The notes below the pieces were generated by a model that saw nothing but the letters and a program-made list of their open reading frames with translations, did no database searches and had not been told where the DNA came from. This document shows positions 27,260 through 35,824 of a stretch of 41,315 nt of DNA, in pieces (positions within the stretch are counted from its first letter, which is position 1; each line of letters starts with the position of its first letter). The position numbers were made by a program, and so were the translations under genes. The DNA is taken from NCBI GenBank assembly GCA_035637175.1, contig DASPXS010000201.1:1-41315 (forward strand), in the 5' to 3' direction. Origin of the DNA: Haliangiales bacterium. GTDB lineage: Bacteria > Verrucomicrobiota > Verrucomicrobiia > Limisphaerales > AV2.

Positions 27260-27288
27260 TTGACGTGAGAGTGAGGTTTTCCTAGTTT
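27260..27288 (+). promoter_or_regulatory. candidate sigma70-type promoter of tRNA-Asp
   Basis: TTGACG (27260-27265), a 17-nt spacer, then TAGTTT (27283-27288). This is ~17 nt upstream of the mature tRNA 5' end. Confidence 0.4.
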
Positions 27289-27304
27289 CCTGCTTCCCCG
27301 GCGC

Positions 27305-27381
27305 GGGGGTGTAGCTCAATTGGTTAGAGCGCTGCCCTGTCACGGCAGAGGTTACGGGTTCGAGCCCCGCCACTCCCGCCA
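27305..27381 (+). tRNA. tRNA-Asp (anticodon GTC)
   Basis: Cloverleaf read by hand. The acceptor is GGGGGTG/CACTCCC and the D arm is GCTC-AATTGGTTA-GAGC. The anticodon stem CTGCC/GGCAG carries the loop CTGTCAC. The T loop is TTCGAGC, the discriminator is G, and the CCA is encoded. Confidence 0.9.
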
Positions 27382-27383
27382 CG
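27366..27383 (+). repeat. att-like direct repeat, copy 1 (3' end of tRNA-Asp)
   Basis: CCCGCCACTCCCGCCACG. An identical 18-mer lies at 28267-28284, and both copies are followed by a TTTT run. Confidence 0.8.
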
Positions 27384-27409
27384 CTTTTGTGGGCTTTTTG
27401 AGAGGCTTG

Positions 27410-27835
27410 ATGGCTTGCTTAAGCAGACGGGTTCTGGCAGATTTGGATCAGCTTATGGGCACGGCAGCCATTCCGTTCGAGTCAGAGGATTCCGCACAGA
27501 GCTTGTGGGAGCGATTTTTTGCTGACTTCCCCGCCTCCGTCGAGGAATGGAGCCGCTCCATCAATCGCTGGAACCGATGGGAGGAAGAACACCTGTTGGT
27601 TGAACGGCCCTCGCCCGAAGACCTCGCACGCCATCTGAAGTTCATCAAACGGCTGATGTTCTTCGGCCAGCTATGCGCTCTGGTCGCCACGCATCCCGAC
27701 TACGGGGATGTCCAAACTGCGGAGATGGTCACTGCCTCACAGGAAGTTCTGCGCAACAAACTTCGCATGTTCCATCAACCAATGGGCGACGAAGAAGCCG
27801 GAAAAATTTTAGCGGAGGTTTTCCCTGCATCCTGA
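27410..27835 (+). CDS. hypothetical protein inside the tRNA-flanked segment
   Basis: 141 aa from the first ATG after the tRNA (MACLSRRVLADLDQL...). The track ORF start at 27320 lies inside the tRNA. GC is lower than in the surroundings. No recognisable motif. Confidence 0.45.
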   Translation: MACLSRRVLADLDQLMGTAAIPFESEDSAQSLWERFFADFPASVEEWSRSINRWNRWEEEHLLVERPSPEDLARHLKFIKRLMFFGQLCALVATHPDYGDVQTAEMVTASQEVLRNKLRMFHQPMGDEEAGKILAEVFPAS

Positions 27836-28055
27836 ACTGGAACGCCTGATCGAGGCGCTCTACCAAAGTGAACAATGCGAGCCTCGACACCGGCACAAGT
27901 GGCTGGCCAGTTACCATCGGCTGTTTGAAGAAGCTGCCGCGCGCTTGCCTTCCGGCTACTCTCGCGAGCAACTCCACGACGCCATTCTCAACCGCGTCCG
28001 CCAGCGCAAGACTGCGCTGAAACCCAAACCTCCCACGCTGCCTCCCAAGGCGTAA
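27813..28055 (+). other. start-less protein-like open frame continuing from the previous ORF in the +1 frame (frameshifted gene or recoding candidate)
   Basis: The frame opens right after a TAG at 27810-27812. It reads RRFSLHPELERLIEALYQSEQCEPRHRHKWLASYHRLFEEAAARLPSGYSREQLHDAILNRVRQRKTALKPKPPTLPPKA*. There is no ATG/GTG/TTG near its 5' end, and it overlaps the last 7 codons of the 27410-27835 ORF. Confidence 0.35.
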
Positions 28056-28266
28056 TTCAACGACGCGAAATGAAGGCCACGCGGACGCCTCATCGGTTGT
28101 GGACAGAATTTTCCGGACTTGGCCGACAATCCTTAAACTTCGGGGACAGTGCGCGTGGTCAAGCGGGCGAGCCTGTCGTGACGTACGCTTCACGGAGTTG
28201 AACTTGCGCCGGCTTGAGCTTCGCCGGTTGTGGACAACAGACAACCGCGCAAGGGGCTCCGCATGG

Positions 28267-28284
28267 CCCGCCACTCCCGCCACG
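28267..28284 (+). repeat. att-like direct repeat, copy 2
   Basis: Exact 18-nt copy of the tRNA-Asp 3' end (CCCGCCACTCCCGCCACG), 901 nt downstream of copy 1. Confidence 0.8.
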
Positions 28285-28493
28285 TTTTCAGGCCAGTTTC
28301 GAGAGATTTCTGGGGTCTTCTCGCCGCTTTGGGTTTCACAGGATTTATTGGTCGCGTGGGACAACTTTTGGAACCGGTCAACAACCAAAGGCGGCGCGGC
28401 CACTGACGGCCACCACAACAGCTGCGCGATCGAACTGAAAGGCTGCACAAAGTTGTTTCAATCAGGCGGGAAATAGGGTATAGGGTTACGCGG

Positions 28494-30737
28494 GTGTGCA
28501 GCAAAGCGATGGCCGGACCGCGTCGGCGCACGCGGACCAATGTGGGGCTTGAAAGACAGCTTCGGAAATATTTCCTTCGAAGTAGCCTTATACTTTTCCG
28601 AATCCTCCTGATGGTGTTGGGCACCAGCGGCGTTCTTCAGGCTTCGTTTAGCTCAGTAACATTGCAATGGGACGCAAGTCCGGACACGAACGTTGTTGGC
28701 TACGCCGTGTACAACGGCGTGATCGACACCAGCTACCTCATTCGTACCGACGCGGGGCCTGAGACAAGCGCCACAGTCACGAATTTGCCGGTCGGCGTCA
28801 CGAACTATTTTTTTGTCACGGCCTATGACGAGAATGGAGTCGAAAGCGACCCTTCGAACCTGATTGACGCCAACTTCCCGGGAATCTTTCCTCCCCCGAC
28901 GCTCTCCGCCGTACCCGACCAGTCAGTTGGAAAAAATGGAACTGCAGGTCCGGTTTCTTTTACGATTGGCGACTCTCTGTTGACCGCCTCCAGCCTCGCG
29001 CTGCGGGGAACGTCTTCCAACCCGGCGCTGGTTCCGAACGGCAACATCTTGTTTGGCGGATCCGACTCCAACAGAACTGTGATTGTGGTCCCCGCCCTCA
29101 ACGCGGCGGGCAATGCCGTGATCACGCTTACCGTCTGGGACGGCGTCGCGAGCGCAAGCAGGAGCTTTCTCTTGACAGTTGATCCTTCCGTCAAGTCCGC
29201 GTTCGTCTATCTGCCGCTGGAAGCCGAGACGGCAACTGTTCTCTCTCCAATGGAAGTCTTTGGTGATCCAACCGCTTCCGGAGGACAATTCATTGCCACG
29301 ACCAACATGTGGTCAGGAAAGGCAACGTTCACCGTGGATATCCCCGTCTCCGGCGCTTACATGCTCTGGTGGAGAGCGCTTGCGCTTGAGAAATCAGATT
29401 GGTCGTTCACTGTTTTCGCGGATGACGGAGCGTCGGATATTTTCGATGCGTCTCAGGTAACCTGGACCGATCGCTGGCGGTGGGCAAGAGTGAACGGTTC
29501 CTTTCGATTCGCGGTTTGCGACTCCGCTGGCGCGCCTGCCAACCAGACCGTATTACCGTTCACGGCCGGCCGTCACACGATCACATTTTCGGGCCTGGAT
29601 CCACAGATGCTCCTTGATGGAATACTCCTCACCAACGATCGGGGCTACATTCCCATTCCGCCGGTTCTGACGGTTCCTCCCGACCAGACGATGGATGAAC
29701 TGACCACGCTGGTGGTCGTTAACACGGCCATCGACCCGAACATTCCTCCTCACAACCTGACCTTCGGTCTGGTGTCGGGCCCGCCTGGAGTGGTCCTCGA
29801 CGCCCATACCGGCGTGCTCACCTGGACGCCGACAGAGGACCAGGGCCCGAGTACCAACGTAATTGTCGTGCAGGTCACCAATGATGCCGTACCGCCCTTG
29901 AGCGAAATCAAAAGCTTTGCGGTGATTGTCAATGAAGTGAACCAGCCGCCGATCCTGACCGTGCCTCCGGACCTGACAATCAATGAACTGAGCACGCTGG
30001 TGGTCGCCACCACCGCCACCGATCCGGACCTGCCGGCCAACGCGCTGACATTCCGTCTGCTGTCAGGTCCCGAGGGAATGACTCTGGATCCTTATACCGG
30101 TGTGCTCGTTTGGACGCCGACGGAGGCTCAAGGTCCCAGCACCAACCTTGTCGTTCTCCAGGTCGCGGATGACGGCTCACCACGTTTAAGTAAAATCAAA
30201 CTATTCACGATCTACGTTGATGAACTAAACAGCGAACCCACGCTGGCTCCGGTGCCGGACCAAAGGATCCAGCCCGGATCGCTATTGACTGTAACCAACG
30301 TGGCGTCCGACCCGGACATCCCGACCAACACACTGACTTTCACTCTCGGCCAGGACGCTCCCGCCGGCGCCGCAATCAACCCTTCTGACGGCGTATTCAC
30401 CTGGAGCCCGACGGCCGCGCAGGCCGACACCACATATTTCGTAACCGTGTGGGTGTCCGACAACTGTTCGCCTTCCTTGAGCAACAGCGTCACGTTCGCG
30501 GTTGCTGTCGGAAAGCTGACGCCCGTGAAGCTGACCTCGGCGACGTTTGATGGGGGGGAAATTCACTTGCGAACCACAGGCGATCCCGGAATCACCTATT
30601 GGCTGCAGGCATCCACCGATCTTGAGTCCTGGGTTTCGCTGAACCGTGTTACCGCGCCAGGCAACGAATTTGAGTTCGTGGACGCCGAGGCAACCAGGTT
30701 CCCCTTCCGGTTTTATCGCGTGACAACCGCGCCCTGA
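28494..30737 (+). CDS. large secreted surface/adhesin-like protein: FN3 domain, Ig-like domain, CBM-like domain, three cadherin-like repeats, C-terminal beta-sandwich ending ..FYRV
   Basis: 747 aa. The signal peptide is around LILFRILLMVLGTSGVLQA; the exact start is uncertain. The FN3-like segment is VTLQWDASPDTNVVGYAVYNG...YFFVTAYDENGVES. Three ~95-aa tandem units share VPPD....EL..L.V...A.DPD.P.N.LTF.L.SGP.G...D..TGV..WTPTE.QGPSTN.V...V.D. Confidence 0.8.
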   Translation: MCSKAMAGPRRRTRTNVGLERQLRKYFLRSSLILFRILLMVLGTSGVLQASFSSVTLQWDASPDTNVVGYAVYNGVIDTSYLIRTDAGPETSATVTNLPVGVTNYFFVTAYDENGVESDPSNLIDANFPGIFPPPTLSAVPDQSVGKNGTAGPVSFTIGDSLLTASSLALRGTSSNPALVPNGNILFGGSDSNRTVIVVPALNAAGNAVITLTVWDGVASASRSFLLTVDPSVKSAFVYLPLEAETATVLSPMEVFGDPTASGGQFIATTNMWSGKATFTVDIPVSGAYMLWWRALALEKSDWSFTVFADDGASDIFDASQVTWTDRWRWARVNGSFRFAVCDSAGAPANQTVLPFTAGRHTITFSGLDPQMLLDGILLTNDRGYIPIPPVLTVPPDQTMDELTTLVVVNTAIDPNIPPHNLTFGLVSGPPGVVLDAHTGVLTWTPTEDQGPSTNVIVVQVTNDAVPPLSEIKSFAVIVNEVNQPPILTVPPDLTINELSTLVVATTATDPDLPANALTFRLLSGPEGMTLDPYTGVLVWTPTEAQGPSTNLVVLQVADDGSPRLSKIKLFTIYVDELNSEPTLAPVPDQRIQPGSLLTVTNVASDPDIPTNTLTFTLGQDAPAGAAINPSDGVFTWSPTAAQADTTYFVTVWVSDNCSPSLSNSVTFAVAVGKLTPVKLTSATFDGGEIHLRTTGDPGITYWLQASTDLESWVSLNRVTAPGNEFEFVDAEATRFPFRFYRVTTAP

Positions 30738-30813
30738 TGCCTTTCGGCTCTTTTCTCGTCAACCACGCCGGTGAGGCGCCACGATTTGCGCGCATGGCGC
30801 GGGCAGTTTTGCA

Positions 30814-31905
30814 TCAGGTTTTTTCCCGCCCCGACGGAGGAAAATCAATCCCGCCGGCATTACCCAACCGGGTGTCACGCGTGTCCGGCGCCAGTTTCGA
30901 GTCCCGAAGACGAACGGCGTGGCCGGACTTTCGTCGGCGGAGCGGATGGAACTGAAATTCGGCCGGCTGCGAAGCGGCTTCATCAACCCGCAGTTCGCAA
31001 TAGCCGCCGTCCTTTAACAATTCGATACCGGCGATGGCGGGGCAGAGTCGGGTCCTGAACTCGCGCCAGCAGCGGGCCTCGTTCAGCGCGCGGCTCATGC
31101 GCCGGATGGAGTTGCCCAGGAAGCGAATTGCGGGCATGCCGGCCAGCATCTGGCTGTTGCGAAAGTACCAATTGGAATGCAGATGTCCGATGATGGTTTG
31201 TTCCACCTGATTCAACTTGCTCCGCACGGTCTCGTCCTGCCGCAGAAACGGCAAGGCCGTGGGATCATGGCAAAACAACAGCACGCGCTGCTCCGGTCGC
31301 AGATTGGCAAAGGCGCGACGAATCTCCGTCAAATGCTCCCGGCGCAAAGCCGCCCACTCCTTCCGTTCCCCAGGCAAAGCTTCCGGTTCATAAACCGGAA
31401 ACGCCAGGAGCGAAGAGGTGACGCCCAATAAAACATAGTTGCCGACTGCGCTTCGCCAAAAGGGTTGCAAGGCCAGTTCGGTCGTGGCGCGGCGCCAGCT
31501 TGCAAGACGAAAGCCCCCTTTGCCGCCGAACAAACTCATCTTGCCCAGTTCATGGTCGCCGATGACGCTTCGCAATTTGGGACCGAAACGGTCGCGGAGT
31601 TTGGCCAAACACTGACGCGCGCTCTCGAAGGCCGCGTCGTCGCACACCCCGATGAACTCGGTGTCGCAGGAATAATCGCCATTGGTAACGACGACGTCGG
31701 GAGAATCGGCCCGGGCCAGAAACTCGTCGAGCAGATGGTTGTGGGCAAAGGGATCGCGCAGCCAGACGTAGTGGCGGTAGGCCTTGACCGCGCGTCTGAG
31801 CAGCGGATTGGCAATGATGCGCGTCTCATGTCCGCGCCGCTGCTTTTCCGCCTCGGACGCGTAATGAATGTCGCTGAGAATCAGGATGGTCTGTTGTCGC
31901 GCCAT
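30814..31905 (-). CDS. metallophosphoesterase (calcineurin-like)
   Basis: 363 aa. Metal-binding motifs appear in order: LSDIHYA, TNGDYS, GDHELG, and GHLH near the C-terminal third. Confidence 0.8.
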   Translation of the reverse strand: MARQQTILILSDIHYASEAEKQRRGHETRIIANPLLRRAVKAYRHYVWLRDPFAHNHLLDEFLARADSPDVVVTNGDYSCDTEFIGVCDDAAFESARQCLAKLRDRFGPKLRSVIGDHELGKMSLFGGKGGFRLASWRRATTELALQPFWRSAVGNYVLLGVTSSLLAFPVYEPEALPGERKEWAALRREHLTEIRRAFANLRPEQRVLLFCHDPTALPFLRQDETVRSKLNQVEQTIIGHLHSNWYFRNSQMLAGMPAIRFLGNSIRRMSRALNEARCWREFRTRLCPAIAGIELLKDGGYCELRVDEAASQPAEFQFHPLRRRKSGHAVRLRDSKLAPDTRDTRLGNAGGIDFPPSGREKT

Positions 31906-31982
31906 GCCGCGCGGATGCTAGGCGGCGAATGGCCCGAAGTAAAATGAGAAACCGCCGTTCGGCAACGGGCGGTCAGCGTAGT

Positions 31983-32119
31983 GGCGGGCGTCCCGCCTGC
32001 CGTAGAGCCGGGCATCCTGCCCGGCGGACGCAGCGCAGGCATTCGCACGGCGCGTCCGGCTTCGCAACTCGAATCCGGACGGTATTAGATGCCGCCCTCT
32101 ACGTCAGCCAGGATGGCTG
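31983..32119. repeat. array of four GC-rich REP-like hairpins
   Basis: The four hairpins are GGCGGG-cgt-CCCGCC (31983-31997), GCCGGGCA-tcc-TGCCCGGC (32007-32025), GTCCGG-n15-CCGGAC (32054-32080) and CAGCC-aggat-GGCTG (32105-32119). The GGGCGTCCCGCC core recurs at 41260-41271. Confidence 0.7.
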
Positions 32120-32194
32120 CCGCGACAACAGCAGGCAGGCGCTAAACAGGTACCTGGGAGAACGATGGCCGGAGAAGTTGTAACGTTGCCAACC

Positions 32195-33388
32195 CTATGA
32201 TGTCTTCGTCAGCGGCAACATGATTTTGAACGTCGTACCCTTGTTGACTTCGCTCTCCACTTTGATCCGGCCGCGGTGCTCTTGAATGATCCGGGCTGTA
32301 ATCGCCAGTCCCAGGCCGGTCCCTTCGGGTTTTGTGGTCACGAACGGGACGAAGAGGCGGGTGAACAGCTCCGGCACGATGCCGGAACCGGTGTCCTTGA
32401 TGCTGACCTGAATCTGCTCCCGTTTGCCCTTCGATTCCGCGCGCGAAATGTGGTCGGTGGCGACGACGACTTCCGTGGCCACGGTCAGCGTGCCCGTTTC
32501 CTCCATGGCTTCGATGGCGTTTAGCAGGAGATTGATCACGGCCTGTTCCAACTGTTTGGCATCTCCCTGCACGTTATCGAATCCGGCATCGAGAGCGCGA
32601 ACCAGATGGATTTTTCGCACCTTGATCTGGTGCTGCACCAGTCGAAGCGAGTTCTCGATCACTTCATGCAGGTTCACGCTGGAGAAAGTGGGTTTGGCCG
32701 GCCCCGCGAACTTCAGGAGTTGGCTGACCAGCGAATCAATCCGGTTGGCCTCGCGGCTGACGAGAGCGCTCATCTCGACATCCTGGTTCCGCTGCTCCAG
32801 AAGGTCGGCGAAGGATTTGAAGGCCACCAGCGCGTTCTTGATCTCGTGCGCCACGCCGGCAGAGAGGGTGCCGATGCTGGCCAAGCGTTCGAGCCGGCGG
32901 ATGCGGCGTTCCAGTTTCCTGGCCGAATCGAGATCGTGAAAAACCGCGATCACGACGAGCGGCCGGCTCGATGCGTCCACGCACAAAGAAGTATTGGCAT
33001 GAACAGTCATCTTTTCTTCCGCGTCGGGAAACAGAACGAAGGTTCGGTCGGTGACGGGTTTGCCGGAAACAAAGGTTTCCTCGATGGCCTGTTGCAGAGC
33101 CGCGGGCAGCCCCGACATCGGCCGGCCGAGCAGCGCCTGCGCCTCCAGGCCGGTCGCCCGCTCGGCGACGCGATTGAAAGCGGTCACGTTCCTTTGCGCA
33201 TCCACGGCCACCAAGGCTGGTTCCAACGAACGGAACAGAGCGCCCCAAAGGTTCAATCGCTCGGTTCGTCGCTTTTGAAAACTGGTTTCTTGAATCAGCA
33301 TACGGGCGTTTGGCAGGGCTGCTGCGAACCGGGCGTCGTTCAGTGGATGGAAATGACAACCGCCGAATTCAGTGCAAACCGCAGTCAA
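32195..33388 (-). CDS. PAS-domain sensor histidine kinase (soluble, NtrB/AtoS-like)
   Basis: 397 aa. It has a PAS-like region (LVAVDAQRNVTAFNRVAERATGL), the H-box GVAHEIKNAL, the N-box INLLLNAIEA, G1 DTGSGI and G2 GTGLGLAI. No cognate response regulator is adjacent. The start is TTG at the ORF top or an internal ATG (MLIQ). Confidence 0.85.
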   Translation of the reverse strand: MTAVCTEFGGCHFHPLNDARFAAALPNARMLIQETSFQKRRTERLNLWGALFRSLEPALVAVDAQRNVTAFNRVAERATGLEAQALLGRPMSGLPAALQQAIEETFVSGKPVTDRTFVLFPDAEEKMTVHANTSLCVDASSRPLVVIAVFHDLDSARKLERRIRRLERLASIGTLSAGVAHEIKNALVAFKSFADLLEQRNQDVEMSALVSREANRIDSLVSQLLKFAGPAKPTFSSVNLHEVIENSLRLVQHQIKVRKIHLVRALDAGFDNVQGDAKQLEQAVINLLLNAIEAMEETGTLTVATEVVVATDHISRAESKGKREQIQVSIKDTGSGIVPELFTRLFVPFVTTKPEGTGLGLAITARIIQEHRGRIKVESEVNKGTTFKIMLPLTKTS

Positions 33389-33608
33389 ACGCTGCCACGC
33401 CGGGGAAATAATTGAAATGATGCGCCGCAGTTCTGCCTCTGAAGACCTGCTTTGCCGTTGACATCCATGCCTTCCAGTTTAATGACTTTTGCAGCGATGA
33501 CAATGAAAATCCCTATCCTTCGGATTATTGGTGTGCCGCGTGATCGGGCGGATGAACGGTCGGTGGTGTTTGGGGAACGCGATTGGGTTTGGCCTGCTTT
33601 TTAAACTG

Positions 33609-34454
33609 ATGCGAGAGCTTTCGGGCAAGACGGCGATTCTGACGGGCGCTTCGGGCGGACTGGGGCGGTATATTGCTCTGGCCCTGGCTCAACGCGGAGT
33701 GAATCTGGTTCTGGCGGCCTATCCCGGGGAAGGGCTTGAAAGCCTCAATGAAGCGGTGAGTCAGCAGGGTGTCCGCGCGATTCCGCTCGTCGCCAATTTC
33801 CGCCACGCTTCCCAACTGCGATCTGTGGTCGAAGTAGCGAACAAGGAATTTGGCCGAATCGACCTGTTGATTAACAACGCGGGCGTGGAATTCACTTCCG
33901 CCTATCACGAACTGCCCGAAGAAAACATTGGCGATATCATCGGCATCAATCTGGAGGCGCCGATGCTGCTCACGCGTCTGGTGTTGCCGGACATGCTGGC
34001 GAGAGGTTGCGGGCATATTGTGAACATGGCATCGCTGGCCGGCAAATCCGGTCCGGCTTTTCAGGAGCCGTACGCGGCCACCAAGGCGGCGCTGATTGCG
34101 TTCACGGTCTCACTGCGCGCCTCGTATCGCGGAACCGGAGTCAGTGCTTCGGTGATCTGTCCCGGTTTCGTGGAGGCGGGAATCTACGCAAAGTTGAAGA
34201 AAGAAACAGGGTTCGTGGCTCCAGCGTTGCTGGGCACTTCGCCTCCGGAGCCTGTGGCCCGTGCTGTGGTTAAGGCAATCCATCGCGATTTACCCGAGGT
34301 TATTGTTAATCCCCTCCCGGTAAAACTGCTATTTGCGACCGCGATATTGTTCCCTCGGCTGGGAGAGTTTCTGGTAAGCAGAACTGGTGCGCACGAATTC
34401 TTTGCCAAGGCTGCCGAGGCGTTGAAACGAAAGCGACTCGATGCTCAAAAGTGA
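33609..34454 (+). CDS. SDR family oxidoreductase
   Basis: I prefer the ATG at 33609 (MRELSGKTAILTGASGGLGRYIA). It has TGxxxGxG cofactor-binding, NNAG and the catalytic YAATKAAL. The track ORF begins at an upstream TTG (33528). Confidence 0.85.
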   Translation: MRELSGKTAILTGASGGLGRYIALALAQRGVNLVLAAYPGEGLESLNEAVSQQGVRAIPLVANFRHASQLRSVVEVANKEFGRIDLLINNAGVEFTSAYHELPEENIGDIIGINLEAPMLLTRLVLPDMLARGCGHIVNMASLAGKSGPAFQEPYAATKAALIAFTVSLRASYRGTGVSASVICPGFVEAGIYAKLKKETGFVAPALLGTSPPEPVARAVVKAIHRDLPEVIVNPLPVKLLFATAILFPRLGEFLVSRTGAHEFFAKAAEALKRKRLDAQK

Positions 34455-35662
34455 TAGCCCATTGAAAAGTTAACGGCCTGATTGAAAAATTGGTAGCTCC
34501 CGTCGGCGGAATTGCCGTTGCTGATTTGTCGAGCGGGACCGGCGATAATTTGCCCGGAAATCGCCCAGTCCCAGTGTTCTCCTTTGTGACCGAACCCCAG
34601 ACTGGCGACATGCAGATCCGTGTCCGGCAGGATCGGATTGAAGTCGGCATCAGTGGTGGAGTTCTGGCTGAAAAAGTATCCCGCACTAATCCGGTATCCA
34701 TTTGGCAGATAACGCGAGACGCCTAAGTGGGCGAGATAACTGGATTTCCAGTTCAGCGCAAACGGCACATCACCAAGGGCTGTCCCTTTGAACGTGACCG
34801 TATCAACCGTGTCCCAATCCGTCCAATCCACCCCCACTTCGATATTCCAGTTCGTCGTCGGCCGAAATGAAATGCCACCCATGATGAACTGGGGAAAATC
34901 CAATTCCGCCGAAGTTCCGTTTTTCTGAGGCAAGAATGGTTTGGCCGTGGAATTGCCCCGGTATTTGACCGTGGTTGGGCTGACGTAGCTGACGCCGAAG
35001 GACCATTGGGGGTGTGGTTGCCACAGCAAGCCAACCTTGGCGCCATACGCGAAACCATTGCCGCGAAACCTGAACTCGTCGCCCGAGACCAGACCGATGC
35101 CATTTCGCAGCATTGCGGTCGAAAAATTTACCGTCGGCCCTGCCGCGATGGAAAGCGTCGAGTTGACCCGCCACGCAGCGATCGGACTGATCGTGACGTA
35201 CTGAAGCCGTCCCTCTTGTGCGAGATTACGGAAGACAACGTTTCCCGGCCACTCCAACCCGAGCCCAAATGGGGCATAAATCCCGAGTCCAAACGCGAGC
35301 GGGTAGTCCTTCGGCGAGTACACGTAATAAAACTGAGGAACCGGCAGAATCTCGGATTCGGTGTCGGCTTCGACACCGCCGGTGGCAGCTTTGAAGTGAG
35401 AATTTACGGAAAGCAAGTGCGCTCCGATTTGAGCATTGTGTCCCTCGAGTTGCGTAATGCCTGCCGGATTGTAGTACAGGGCAGACGGATTGTCCGCGGT
35501 GGCAACGAACGCATTTCCACGGGCGGTTGCCTCGGCATCCTGGTTTGGAATACGCAACCCCAGTCCAAAGACCGGACCCGAATGGAAAGAAAAACCAACC
35601 AAGGCAAGGGCGGTTGGGAGCCCGCGACAGAATCTGGTGTTCAGGTGCATGGCCTTCAACAT
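34445..35662 (-). CDS. outer-membrane transport protein, OMPP1/FadL/TodX family
   Basis: 405 aa. It has a signal peptide, the N-terminal hatch motif ARGNAFVATADNPSALYYNPAGI, alternating beta-strand pattern throughout, and a C-terminal aromatic residue (...SMGYHF). Confidence 0.85.
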   Translation of the reverse strand: MLKAMHLNTRFCRGLPTALALVGFSFHSGPVFGLGLRIPNQDAEATARGNAFVATADNPSALYYNPAGITQLEGHNAQIGAHLLSVNSHFKAATGGVEADTESEILPVPQFYYVYSPKDYPLAFGLGIYAPFGLGLEWPGNVVFRNLAQEGRLQYVTISPIAAWRVNSTLSIAAGPTVNFSTAMLRNGIGLVSGDEFRFRGNGFAYGAKVGLLWQPHPQWSFGVSYVSPTTVKYRGNSTAKPFLPQKNGTSAELDFPQFIMGGISFRPTTNWNIEVGVDWTDWDTVDTVTFKGTALGDVPFALNWKSSYLAHLGVSRYLPNGYRISAGYFFSQNSTTDADFNPILPDTDLHVASLGFGHKGEHWDWAISGQIIAGPARQISNGNSADGSYQFFNQAVNFSMGYHF

Positions 35663-35824
35663 CTGGCGGAAATGCCCGTTTGATGCAAAGAAAAAATCAG
35701 GGTTGTGTTGACCGCAGATTTTGTCGGGTTGCTCGTCTTCGCCGACCGAACGTGAAAAACGATTGTGCTATTCATGCCATGAAATTTCTGTTATCCAGCC
35801 GTCGAGAGAGACGGTGAGTGCGCA

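Noticed and set aside
27320-27409. Track start of the 171-aa ORF at 27320
   Set aside because: The first 20 codons of that ORF lie within the tRNA-Asp gene (through 27381), and the next 10 are the spacer before the first ATG. The CDS can begin at 27410 at the earliest.
27729-28448. 239-aa minus-strand ORF spanning the end of the tRNA-flanked segment
   Set aside because: It is Arg/Ser-rich and crosses the att-like repeat and non-coding DNA. It is antisense to the more protein-like plus-strand frames.
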